Source: Eledone cirrhosa (taxonomy: Eukaryota). From it: a stretch of 64,000 bases of DNA. The translations under genes and the position numbers were made by a program. The stretch is taken from the NCBI GenBank assembly GCA_964016885.1, contig OZ024742.1:372992001-373056000 (forward strand), given 5' to 3'. Shown one piece after another: positions 14,891 through 29,800 of this stretch. Below the pieces are notes generated by a model. The model worked only from the letters and a program-made list of their open reading frames with translations, was not told the origin of the DNA and ran no database searches. Position 1 is the stretch's first letter; the number at the start of each line of letters is the position of its first letter.

Positions 14891-17800
14891 CTCATTCTAT
14901 AAACTGTAAATCTCTTTCTATATCAACTGTAAATCTCCTTCTATATAAGCTGTAAATCTCATTCTATTAACTGTAAATCTCTTTCTATATAAACTGTAAA
15001 TCTCATTCTATATAAACTGTATATATCATTCTATAAACTGTAAATCTCAGTCTATAAACTGTAAATCTCTTTCTATATAAACTGTAAATCTCCTTCTATA
15101 TGAACCGTAAATCTCTTTCTATATAAACTGTAAATCTCATTCTATGTAAGCTGTAAATCTCATTCTATGAACTGTAAATCTCTTTCTATATAAACTGTAA
15201 ATCTCATTCTATATAAACTGTGAATCTCTTTCTATATGAACTGTAAATCTCATTCTATATAAACTGTGAATCTCATTCTATATAAACTGTAAATCTCTTT
15301 CTATATAAACTGTAAATCTCATTCTATGTAAACTGTAAATCTCATTCTATATAAACTGTAAATCTCTTTCTATATAAACTGTAAATCTCATTCTATATAA
15401 ACTGTAAATCTCTTTCTATATAAACTCTGAATCTGATTCTATATAAACTGTAACTCTCATTTTATATAAACTGTGAATCTCATTCTATATAAACTGTATA
15501 TCTCATTCTATATAAACTGTAAATCTCATTCGATAAACTGTAAATCTCTTTTTATATAAACTGTAAATCTCTTTCTATATAAACTGTAAATCTCTTTCTA
15601 TATGAACTGTAAATCTCTTTCTATATAAACTGTAAATCTCATTCTATATAAGCTGTAAATCTCATTCTATGAACTGTAAATCTCTTTCTATATAAACTGT
15701 AAATCTCATTCTATATAAACTGTAAATCTCATTCTATGAACTGTAAATCTCTTTCTATATAAATTGTAAATCTCATTCTATATAAACTGTAAATCTCTTT
15801 CTATATAAACTGTAAATTTCATTCTATGAACTGTAAATCTCTTTCTATATAAACTGTAAATCTCATTCTATATAAACTGTAAATCTCTTTCTATATAAAC
15901 TGTAAATCTCATTCTATATAAACTGTGAATCTCATTCTATATAAACTGTAAATCTCATTCTATTAACTGTAAATCTCTTTCTATATAAACTGTAAATCTC
16001 ATTCTATGTAAACTGTATATATCATTCTATAAACTGTAAATCTCAGTCTATAAACTGTAAATCTCTTTCTATATAAACTGTAAATCTCTTTCTATATAAA
16101 CTGTAAATCTCATTCTATATAAGCTGTAAATCTCATTCTGTGAACTGTAAATCTCTTTCTATATAAACTGTAAATCTCATTCTACATAAACTGTAAATCT
16201 CATTCTATAAACTGTAAATATCTTTCTATATAAACTGTAAATCTCATTCTATATAAATTGTATATATCATTCTATAAACTGTAAATCTCAGTCTATAAAC
16301 TGTAAATCTCTTTCTATATAAACTGTAAGTCTCTTTCTATATGAACTGTAAATCTCTTTCTATATAAACTGTAAATCTCATTCTATATAAGCTGTAAATC
16401 TCATTCTATGAACTGTAAATCTCTTTCTATATAAACTGTAAATCTCATTCTACATAAACTGTAAATCTCATTCTATAAACTGTAAATCTCTTTCTATATA
16501 AACTGTAAATCTCATTCTATATAAACTGTAAATCTCTTTCTATATAAACTGTAAATTTCATTATATAAACTGTAAATCTCTTTCTATATAAACTGTAAAT
16601 CTCATTCTATATAAACTGTAAATCTCTTTCTATATAAACTGTAAATCTCATTCTATATAAACTGTGAATCTCATTCTATATAAACTGTAAATCTCTTTCT
16701 ATATAAACTGTAAATCTCATTCTATATAAACTGTAAATCTCATTCGATAAACTGTAAATCTCTTTATATATAAACTGTAAATCTCATTCTATATAAACTG
16801 AAAATCTCTTTCTATATAAACTGTAAATCTCATTCTATATAAACTGTAAATCTCATTCTATAAACTGTAAATCTCTTTCTATCTAAACTGTAAATCTCAT
16901 TCTACATAAACTGTAAATCTCTTTCTATATAAACTGTAAATCTCATTCTATATAAACTGTCAATCTCATTCTATATAAACTGTAAATCTATTTCTAAATA
17001 AACTGTAAATCTCATTCTATATAAACTGTGAATCTCATTCTATATAAACTGTAAATCTCACTCTATATAAACTGTAAATCTCACTCTATATAAACTGTAA
17101 ATCTCATTTGATAAACTGTAAATCTCTTTTTATATAAACTGTAAATCTCATTCTATATAACCTGGAAATCTCATTCTATGAACTGTAAATCTCTTTCTAT
17201 ATAAACTGTAAATCTCATTCTATATAAACTGTAAATCTCATTCTATAAACTGTAAATCTCCTTCTATATAAACTGTAAATCTCATTCTACATAAACTGTA
17301 AATCTCTTTCTATATAAACTGTAAATCTCATTCTATAAACTGTAAATCTCTTTCTATCTAAACTGTAAATCTCATTCTACATAAACTGTAAATCTCTTTC
17401 TATATAAACTGTAAATCTCATTCTATATAAACTGTAAATCTCTTTCTATATAAACTGTAAATCTCATTCTATATAAACTGTGAATCTCATTCTATATAAA
17501 CTGTAAATCTCTTTCTATATCAAATGTAAATCTCATTCTATATAAAGTGTAAATCTCATTCTATATAAACTGTAAATCTCATTCTATAAACTGTAAATCT
17601 CTTTCTATATAAACTGTAAATCTCATTCAATAGAAGCTGTAAATCCCATTCTATTAACTGTAAATCTCTTTCTATATAAACTGTAAATCTCATTCTATGT
17701 AAACTGTATATATCATTCTATAAACTGTAAATCTCAGTCTATAAACTGTAAATCTCTTTCTATATAAACTGTAAATCTCTTTCTATATGAACTGTAAATC

Positions 17801-20800
17801 TCTTTCTATATAAACTGTAAATCTCATTCTATATAAGCTGTAAATCTCATTCTGTGAACTGTAAATCTCTTTCTATATGAACTGTAAATCTCATTCTACA
17901 TAAACTGTAAATCTCATTCTATAAACTGTAAATCTCTTTCTATATAAACTGTAAATCTCATTCTATATAAACTGTAAATCTCTTTCTATATAAACTGTAA
18001 ATTTCATTATATAAACTGTAAATCTCTTTCTATATAAACTGTAAATCTCATTCTATATAAACTGTAAATCTCTTTCTATATAAACTGTAAATCTCATTCT
18101 ATATAAACTGTGAATCTCATTCTATATAAACTGTAAATCTCTTTCTATATAAACTGTAAATCTCATTCTATATAAACTGAAAATCTCTTTCTATATAAAC
18201 TGTAAATCTCATTCTATATAAACTGTAAATCTCATTCTATAAACTGTAAATCTCTTTCTATCTAAACTGTAAATCTCATTCTACATAAACTGTAAATCTC
18301 TTTCTATATAAACTGTAAATCTCATTCTATATAAACTGTCAATCTCATTCTATGTAAACTGTAAATCTATTTCTAAATAAACTGTAAATCTCATTCTATA
18401 TAAACTGTGAATCTCATTCTATATAAACTGTAAATCTCACTCTATATAAACTGTAAATCTCATTTGATAAACTGTAAATCTCTTTTTATATAAACTGTAA
18501 ATCTCATTCTATATAACCTGGAAATCTCTTTCTATAAACTGGAAATCTCATTCTATGAACTGTAAATCTCTTTCTATATAAACTGTAAATCTCATTCTAT
18601 ATAAACTGTAAATCTCATTCTATAAACTGTAAATCTCCTTCTATATAAACTGTAAATCTCATTCTACATAAACTGTAAATCTCATTCTATATAAACTGTA
18701 AATCTCATTCTATATAAACTGTAAATCTCTTTCTAAATAAACTGTAAATCTCATTCTATATAAACTGTGAATCTCATTCTATATAAACTGTAAATCTCAC
18801 TCTATATAAACTGTAAATCTCATTCGATAAACTGTAAATCTCTTTTTATATAAACTGTAAATCTCATTCTATATAAACTGTAAATCTCATTCTATAAACT
18901 GTAAATCTCTTTCTATATAAACTGTGAATCTCATTCTATATAAACTGTATATCTCATTCTATATAAACTGTAAATCTCATTCGATAAACTGTAAATCTCT
19001 CTTTATATAAACTGTAAATCTCTTTCTATATAAACTGTAAATCTCATTCTATATAAACTGTTAATCTCTTTCTATATAAACTGTAAATTTCATTCTATAA
19101 ACTCTAAATCTCTTTCTATATAAACTGTAAATCTCATTCTATATAAACTGTAAATCTCTTTCTATATAAACTGTAAATCTCATTCTATATAAACTGAATC
19201 TCATTCTATATAAACTGTAAATCTCTTTCTATATAAACTGTAAATCTCATTCTATATAAACTGTAAATCTCCTTCTATATAAACTGTAAATCTCATTCTA
19301 TAAACTGTAAATCTCTTTCTATATAAACTGTAAATCTCATTCTATATAAGCTGTAAATCTCATTCTATTAACTGTAAATCTCATTCTATATAAACTGTAA
19401 ATCTCATTCTATATAAACTGTATATATCATTCTATAAACTGTAAATCTCAGTCTATAAACTGTAAATCTCTTTCTATATAAACTGTAAATCTCTTTCTAT
19501 ATGAACTATAAATCTCTTTCTATATAAACTGTAAATCTCATTCTATATAAGCTGTAAATCTCATTCTATGAACTGTAAATCTCTTTCTATATAAACTGTA
19601 AATCTCATTCTATATAAACTGTAAATCTCATTCTATGAACTGTAAATCTCTTTCTATATAAATTGTAAATCTCATTCTATAGAAACTGTAAATCTCTTTC
19701 TATATAAACTGTAAATTTCATTCTATTAACTGTAAATCTCTTTCTATATAAACTGTAAATCTCATTCTATATAAACTGTAAATCTCTTTCTATATAAACT
19801 GTAAATCTCATTCTATATAAACTGTGAATCTCATTCTATATAAACTGTAAATCTCTTTCTATATCAAATGTAAATCTCATTCTATATAAACTGTAAATCT
19901 CATTCTATATAAACTGTAAATCTCATTCTATAAACTGTAAATCTCTTTCTATATAAACTGTAAATCTCATTCTATATAAGCTGTAAATCTCATTCTATTA
20001 ACTGTAAATCTCTTTCTATATAAACTGTAAATCTCATTCTATATAAACTGTATATATCATTCTATAAACTGTAAATCTCAGTCTATAAACTGTAAATCTC
20101 TTTCTATATAAACTGTAAATCTCCTTCTATATGAACTGTAAATCTCTTTCTATATAAACTGTAAATCTCATTCTATGTAAGCTGTAAATCTCATTCTATG
20201 AACTGTAAATCTCTTTCTATATAAACCGTAAATCTCATTCTATATAAACTGTAAATCTCATTCTATGAACTGTAAATCTCTTTCTATATAAGCTGTAAAT
20301 CTCATTCTATATAAACTGTAAATCTCTTTCTATATAAACTGTAAATCTCATTCTATATAAACTGTGAATCTCATTCTATATAAACTGTAAATCTCTTTCT
20401 ATATAAACTGTAAATCTCATTCTATGTAAACTGTAAATCTCATTCTATGTAAACTGTAAATCTCATTCTATATAAACTGTAAATCTCTTTCTATATAAAC
20501 TGTAAATCTCTTTCTATATAAACTGTAAATCTCATTCTATATAAACTGTATATATCATTCTATAAACTGTAAATCTCAGTCTATAAACTGTAAATCTCTT
20601 TCTATATAAACTGTAAATCTCCTTCTATATGAACTGTAAATCTCTTTCTATATAAACTGTAAATCTCATTCTATGTAAGCTGTAAATCTCATTCTATGAA
20701 CTGTAAATCTCTTTCTATATAAACTGTAAATCTCATTCTATATAAACTGTAAATCTCATTCTATGAACTGTAAATCTCTTTCTATATAAGCTGTAAATCT

Positions 20801-23800
20801 CATTCTATATAAACTGTAAATCTCTTTCTATATAAACTGTAAATCTCATTCTATATAAACTGTGAATCTCATTCTATATAAACTGTAAATCTCTTTCTAT
20901 ATAAACTGTAAATCTCATTCTATGTAAACTGTAAATCTCATTCTATATAAACTGTAAATCTCTTTCTATATAAACTGTAAATCTCTTTCTATATAACCTG
21001 TAAATCTCTTTCTATATAAACTGTAAATCTCTTGCTATAAACTGTAAATATCATTCTATATAACCTGTAAATCTCTTTCTATATAAACTCTGAATCTGAT
21101 TCTATATAAACTGTAACTCTCATTTTATATAAACTGTGAATCTCATTCTATATAAACTGTATATCTCATTCTATATAAACTGTAAATCTCATTCGATAAA
21201 CTGTAAATCTCTTTATATATAAACTGTAAATCTCATTCTATATAAACTGAAAATCTCTTTCTATATAAACTGTAAATCTCATTCTATATAAACTGTAAAT
21301 CTCATTCTATAAACTGTAAATCTCTTTCTATCTAAACTGTAAATCTCATTCTACATAAACTGTAAATCTCTTTCTATATAAACTGTAAATCTCATTCTAT
21401 ATAAACTGTCAATCTCATTCTATATAAACTGTAAATCTATTTCTAAATAAACTGTAAATCTCATTCTATATAAACTGTGAATCTCATTCTATATAAACTG
21501 TAAATCTCACTCTATATAAACTGTAAATCTCATTTGATAAACTGTAAATCTCTTTTTATATAAACTGTAAATCTCATTCTATATAAACTGTAAATCTCTT
21601 TCTATAAACTGTAAATCTCATTCTATAAACTGTAAATCTCTTTCTATATAAACTGTAAATCTCATTCTATATAAACTATAAATCTCATTCTATAAACTGT
21701 AAATCTCTTTCTATATAAACTGTAAATCTCATTCTATATAAACTGTAAATCTCTTTCTATATAAACTGTAAATCTCATTCTATATAAACTGTAAATCTCA
21801 TTCTATATAAACTGTGAATCTCATTCTATATAAACTGTATATCTCATTCTATATAAACTGTAAATCTCATTCGATAAACTGTAAATCTCTTTTTATATAA
21901 ACTGTAAATCTCATTCTATATAACCTGGAAATCTCTTTCTATAAACTGGAAATCTCATTCTATGAACTGTAAATCTCTTTCTATATAAACTGTAAATCTC
22001 ATTCTATATAAACTGTAAATCTCATTCTATGAACTGTAAATCTCCTTCTATATAAACTGTAAATCTCATTCTACATAAACTGTAAATCTCTTTCTATATA
22101 AACTGTAAATCTCATTCTATAAACTGTAAATCTCTTTCTATATGAACTGTAAATCTCATTCTACATAAACTGTAAATCTCATTCTATATAAACTGTAAAT
22201 CTCATTCTATATAAACTGTAAATCTCTTTCTAAATAAACTGTAAATCTCATTCTATATAAACTGTGAATCTCATTCTATATAAACTGTAAATCTCTTTTT
22301 ATATAAACTGTAAATCTCATTCTATATAAACTGTAAATCTCATTCTATAAACTGTAAATCTCTTTCTATATAAACTGTGAATCTCATTCTATATAAACTG
22401 TATATCTCATTCTATATAAACTGTAAATCTCATTCGATAAACTGTAAATCTCTTTTTATATAAACTGTAAATCTCTTTCTATATAAACTGTAAATCTCAT
22501 TCTATATAAACTGTTAATCTCTTTCTATATAAACTGTAAATTTCATTCTATAAACTCTAAATCTCTTTCTATATAAACTGTAAATCTCATTCTATATAAA
22601 CTGTAAATCTCTTTCTATATAAACTGTAAATCTCATTCTATATAAACTGAATCTCATTCTATATAAACTGTAAATCTCTTTCTATATAAACTGTAAATCT
22701 CATTCTATATAAACTGTAAATCTCCTTCTATATAAACTGTAAATCTCATTCTATAAACTGTAAATCTCTTTCTATATAAACTGTAAATCTCATTCTATAT
22801 AAGCTGTAAATCTCATTCTATTAACTGTAAATCTCATTCTATATAAACTGTAAATCTCATTCTATATAAACTGTATATATCATTCTATAAACTGTAAATC
22901 TCAGTCTATAAACTGTAAATCTCTTTCTATATAAACTGTAAATCTCTTTCTATATGAACTGTAAATCTCTTTCTATATAAACTGTAAATCTCATTCTATA
23001 TAAGCTGTAAATCTCATTCTATGAACTGTAAATCTCTTTCTATATAAACTGTAAATCTCATTCTATATAAACTGTAAATCTCATTCTATGAACTGTAAAT
23101 CTCTTTCTATATAAATTGTAAATCTCATTCTATATAAACTGTAAATCTCTTTCTATATAAACTGTAAATTTCATTCTATAAACTGTAAATCTCTTTCTAT
23201 ATAAACTGTAAATCTCATTCTATATAAACTGTAAATCTCTTTCTATATAAATTGTAAATCCCATTCTATATAAACTGTGAATCTCATTCTATATAAACTG
23301 TAAATCTCTTTCTATATCAAATGTAAATCTCATTCTATATAAACTGTAAATCTCATTCTATATAAACTGTAAATCTCATTCTATAAACTGTAAATCTCTT
23401 TCTATATAAACTGTAAATCTCATTCTATAGAAGCTGTAAATCTCATTCTATTAACTGTAAATCTCTTTCTATATAAACTGTAAATCTCATTCTATGTAAA
23501 CTGTATATATCATTCTATAAACTGTAAATCTCAGTCTATAAACTGTAAATCTCTTTCTATATAAACTGTAAATCTCTTTCTATATGAACTGTAAATCTCT
23601 TTCTATATAAACTGTAAATCTCATTCTATATAAGCTGTAAATCTCATTCTGTGAACTGTAAATCTCTTTCTATATAAACTGTAAATCTCATTCTACATAA
23701 ACTGTAAATCTCATTCTATAAACTGTAAATCTCTTTCTATATAAACTGTAAATCTCATTCTATATAAATTGTATATATCATTCTATAAACTGTAAATCTC

Positions 23801-26800
23801 AGTCTATAAACTGTAAATCTCTTTCTATATAAACTGTAAATCTCTTTCTATATGAACTGTAAATCTCTTTCTATATAAACTGTAAATCTCATTCTATATA
23901 AGCTGTAAATCTCATTCTATGAACTGTAAATCTCTTTCTATATAAACTGTAAATCTCATTCTACATAAACTGTAAATCTCATTCTATAAACTGTAAATCT
24001 CTTTCTATATAAACTGTAAATCTCATTCTATATAAACTGTAAATCTCTTTCTATATAAACTGTAAATTTCATTATATAAACTGTAAATCTCTTTCTATAT
24101 AAACTGTAAATCTCATTCTATATAAACTGTAAATCTCTTTCTATATAAACTGTAAATCTCATTCTATATAAACTGTGAATCTCATTCTATATAAACTGTA
24201 AATCTCTTTCTATATAAACTGTAAATCTCATTCTATATAAACTGTAAATCTCATTCGATAAACTGTAAATCTCTTTATATATAAACTGTAAATCTCATTC
24301 TATATAAACTGTCAATCTCATTCTATATAAACTGTAAATCTATTTCTAAATAAACTGTAAATCTCATTCTATATAAACTGTGAATCTCATTCTATATAAA
24401 CTGTAAATCTCACTCTATATAAACTGTAAATCTCATTTGATAAACTGTAAATCTCTTTTTATATAAACTGTAAATCTCATTCTATATAACCTGGAAATCT
24501 CTTTCTATAAACTGGAAATCTCATTCTATGAACTGTAAATCTCTTTCTATATAAACTGTAAATCTCATTCTATATAAACTGTAAATCTCATTCTATAAAC
24601 TGTAAATCTCCTTCTATATAAACTGTAAATCTCATTCTACATAAACTGTAAATCTCTTTCTATATAAACTGTAAATCTCATTCTATAAACTGTAAATCTC
24701 TTTCTATATGAACTGTAAATCTCATTCTACATAAACTGTAAATCTCATTCTATATAAACTGTAAATCTCATTCTATATAAACTGTAAATCTCTTTCTAAA
24801 TAAACTGTAAATCTCATTCTATATAAACTGTGAATCTCATTCTATATAAACTGTAAATCTCACTCTATATAAACTGTAAATCTCATTCGATAAACTGTAA
24901 ATCTCTTTTTATATAAACTGTAAATCTCATTCTATATAAACTGTAAATCTCATTCTATAAACTGTAAATCTCTTTCTATATAAACTGTGAATCTCATTCT
25001 ATATAAACTGTATATCTCATTCTATATAAACTGTAAATCTCATTCGATAAACTGTAAATCTCTTTTTATATAAACTGTAAATCTCTTTCTATATAAACTG
25101 TAAATCTCATTCTATATAAACTGTTAATCTCTTTCTATATAAACTGTAAATTTCATTCTATAAACTCTAAATCTCTTTCTATATGAACTGTAAATCTCTT
25201 TCTATATAAACTGTAAATCTCATTCTATATAAGCTGTAAATCTCATTCTGTGAACTGTAAATCTCTTTCTATATAAACTGTAAATCTCATTCTACATAAA
25301 CTGTAAATCTCATTCTATAAACTGTAAATCTCTTTCTATATAAACTGTAAATCTCATTCTATATAAATTGTATATATCATTCTATAAACTGTAAATCTCA
25401 GTCTATAAACTGTAAATCTCTTTCTATATAAACTGTAAATCTCTTTCTATATGAACTGTAAATCTCTTTCTATATAAACTGTAAATCTCATTCTATATAA
25501 GCTGTAAATCTCATTCTATGAACTGTAAATCTCTTTCTATATAAACTGTAAATCTCATTCTACATAAACTGTAAATCTCATTCTATAAACTGTAAATCTC
25601 TTTCTATATAAACTGTAAATCTCATTCTATATAAACTGTAAATCTCTTTCTATATAAACTGTAAATTTCATTATATAAACTGTAAATCTCTTTCTATATA
25701 AACTGTAAATCTCATTCTATAAACTGTAAATCTCTTTCTATATCAACTGTAAATCTCATTCTATATAAGCTGTGAATCTCATTCTATTAACTGTAAATCT
25801 CTTTCTATATAAACTGTAAATCTCATTCTATATAAATTGTATATATCATTCTATAAACTGTAAATCTCAGTCTATAAACTGTAAATCTCTTTCTATATAA
25901 ACTGTAAATCTCCTTCTATATGAACTGTAAATCTCATTCTATATAAACTGTAAATCTCATTCTATATAAACTGTAAATCTCATTCTATAAATTGTAAATC
26001 TCTTTCTATATAAACTGTAAATCTCATTCTATATAAGCTGTAAATCTCATTCTATTAACTGTAAATCTCTTTCTATATAAACTGTAAATCTCATTCTATA
26101 TAAACTGTATATATCATTCTATAAACTGTAAATCTCAGTCTATAAACTGTAAATCTCTTTCTATATAAACTGTAAATCTCTTTCTATATGAACTGTAAAT
26201 CTCTTTCTATATAAACTGTAAATCTCATTCTATATAAGCTGTAAATCTCATTCTGTGAACTGTAAATCTCTTTCTATATAAACTGTAAATCTCATTCTAC
26301 ATAAACTGTAAATCTCATTCTATAAACTGTAAATCTCTTTCTATATAAACTGTAAATCTCATTCTATATAAATTGTATATATCATTCTATAAACTGTAAA
26401 TCTCAGTCTATAAACTGTAAATCTCTTTCTATATAAACTGTAAATCTCTTTCTATATGAACTGTAAATCTCTTTCTATATAAACTGTAAATCTCATTCTA
26501 TATAAGCTGTAAATCTCATTCTATGAACTGTAAATCTCTTTCTATATAAACTGTAAATCTCATTCTACATAAACTGTAAATCTCATTCTATAAACTGTAA
26601 ATCTCTTTCTATATAAACTGTAAATCTCATTCTATATAAACTGTAAATCTCTTTCTATATAAACTGTAAATTTCATTATATAAACTGTAAATCTCTTTCT
26701 ATATAAACTGTAAATCTCATTCTATATAAACTGTAAATCTCTTTCTATATAAACTGTAAATCTCATTCTATATAAACTGTGAATCTCATTCTATATAAAC

Positions 26801-29800
26801 TGTAAATCTCTTTCTATATAAACTGTAAATCTCATTCTATATAAACTGTAAATCTCATTCGATAAACTGTAAATCTCTTTATATATAAACTGTAAATCTC
26901 ATTCTATATAAACTGTCAATCTCATTCTATATAAACTGTAAATCTATTTCTAAATAAACTGTAAATCTCATTCTATATAAACTGTGAATCTCATTCTATA
27001 TAAACTGTAAATCTCACTCTATATAAACTGTAAATCTCATTTGATAAACTGTAAATCTCTTTTTATATAAACTGTAAATCTCATTCTATATAACCTGGAA
27101 ATCTCTTTCTATAAACTGGAAATCTCATTCTATGAACTGTAAATCTCTTTCTATATAAACTGTAAATCTCATTCTACATAAACTGTAAATCTCATTCTAT
27201 ATAAACTGTAAATCTCATTCTATATAAACTGTAAATCTCTTTCTAAATAAACTGTAAATCTCATTCTATATAAACTGTGAATCTCATTCTATATAAACTG
27301 TAAATCTCACTCTATATAAACTGTAAATCTCACTCGATAAACTGTAAATCTCTTTTTATATAAACTGTAAATCTCATTCTATATAAACTGTAAATCTCAT
27401 TCTATAAACTGTAAATCTCTTTCTATATAAACTGTGAATCTCATTCTATATAAACTGTATATCTCATTCTATATAAACTGTAAATCTCATTCGATAAACT
27501 GTAAATCTCTTTTTATATAAACTGTAAATCTCTTTCTATATAAACTGTAAATCTCATTCTATATAAACTGTTAATCTCTTTCTATATAAACTGTAAATTT
27601 CATTCTATAAACTCTAAATCTCTTTCTATATGAACTGTAAATCTCTTTCTATATAAACTGTAAATCTCATTCTATATAAGCTGTAAATCTCATTCTGTGA
27701 ACTGTAAATCTCTTTCTATATAAACTGTAAATCTCATTCTACATAAACTGTAAATCTCATTCTATAAACTGTAAATCTCTTTCTATATAAACTGTAAATC
27801 TCATTCTATATAAATTGTATATATCATTCTATAAACTGTAAATCTCAGTCTATAAACTGTAAATCTCTTTCTATATAAACTGTAAATCTCTTTCTATATG
27901 AACTGTAAATCTCTTTCTATATAAACTGTAAATCTCATTCTATATAAGCTGTAAATCTCATTCTATGAACTGTAAATCTCTTTCTATATAAACTGTAAAT
28001 CTCATTCTACATAAACTGTAAATCTCATTCTATAAACTGTAAATCTCTTTCTATATAAACTGTAAATCTCATTCTATATAAACTGTAAATCTCTTTCTAT
28101 ATAAACTGTAAATTTCATTATATAAACTGTAAATCTCTTTCTATATAAACTGTAAATCTCATTCTATAAACTGTAAATCTCTTTCTATATCAACTGTAAA
28201 TCTCATTCTATATAAGCTGTGAATCTCATTCTATTAACTGTAAATCTCTTTCTATATAAACTGTAAATCTCATTCTATATAAATTGTATATATCATTCTA
28301 TAAACTGTAAATCTCAGTCTATAAACTGTAAATCTCTTTCTATATAAACTGTAAATCTCCTTCTATATGAACTGTAAATCTCATTCTATATAAACTGTAA
28401 ATCTCATTCTATATAAACTGTAAATCTCATTCTATAAATTGTAAATCTCTTTCTATATAAACTGTAAATCACATTCTATATAAGCTGTAAATCTCATTCT
28501 ATTAACTGTAAATCTCTTTCTATATAAACTGTAAATCTCATTCTATATAAACTGTATATATCATTCTATAAACTGTAAATCTCAGTCTATAAACTGTAAA
28601 TCTCTTTCTATATAAACTGTAAATCTCATTCTATAAACTGTAAATCTCTTTCTATATCAACTGTAAATCTCCTTCTATATAAGCTGTAAATCTCATTCTA
28701 TTAACTGTAAATCTCTTTCTATATAAACTGTAAATCTCATTCTATATAAACTGTATATATCATTCTATAAACTGTAAATCTCAGTCTATAAACTGTAAAT
28801 CTCTTTCTATATAAACTGTAAATCTCCTTCTATATGAACCGTAAATCTCTTTCTATATAAACTGTAAATCTCATTCTATGTAAGCTGTAAATCTCATTCT
28901 ATGAACTGTAAATCTCTTTCTATATAAACTGTAAATCTCATTCTATATAAACTGTGAATCTCTTTCTATATGAACTGTAAATCTCATTCTATATAAACTG
29001 TGAATCTCATTCTATATAAACTGTAAATCTCTTTCTATATAAACTGTAAATCTCATTCTATGTAAACTGTAAATCTCATTCTATATAAACTGTAAATCTC
29101 TTTCTATATAAACTGTAAATCTCATTCTATATAAACTGTAAATCTCTTTCTATATAAACTCTGAATCTGATTCTATATAAACTGTAACTCTCATTTTATA
29201 TAAACTGTGAATCTCATTCTATATAAACTGTATATCTCATTCTATATAAACTGTAAATCTCATTCGATAAACTGTAAATCTCTTTTTATATAAACTGTAA
29301 ATCTCATTCTATATAAACTGAAAATCTCTTTCTATATAAACTGTAAATCTCATTCTATATAAACTGTAAATCTCATTCTATAAACTGTACATCTCTTTCT
29401 ATCTAAACTGTAAATCTCATTCTACATAAACTGTAAATCTCTTTCTATATAAACTGTAAATCTCATTCTATATAAACTGTCAATCTCATTCTATATAAAC
29501 TGTATATCTCATTCTATATAAACTGTAAATCTCATTCGATAAACTGTAAATCTCTTTTTATATAAACTGTAAATCTCATTCTATATAACCTGGAAATCTC
29601 TTTCTATAAACTGGAAATCTCATTCTATGAACTGTAAATTTCTTTCTATATAAACTGTAAATCTCATTCTATATAAACTGTAAATCTCATTCTATGAACT
29701 GTAAATCTCTTTCTATATAAATTGTAAATCTCATTCTATATAAACTGTAAATCTCTTTCTATATAAACTGTAAATTTCATTCTATAAACTGTAAATCTCT

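Larger units (their letters stand above)
1691..29292. repeat. Approx. 13.8-kb tandem segmental duplication within the satellite (copy 1 ~1691-15558, copy 2 ~15559-29292)
   Basis: Rare variants pair at consistent offsets: GTAAGTCTC 2461/16329 (13868), AAAGTGT 3700/17547 (13847), AAACCGT 6380/20227 (13847), TTGTAAATCCC 9370/23261 (13891), CACTCGAT 13599/27333 (13734), ATCACAT 14737/28471 (13734). Offset changes equal whole-monomer indels (-21, +44, -157). Confidence 0.92.
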
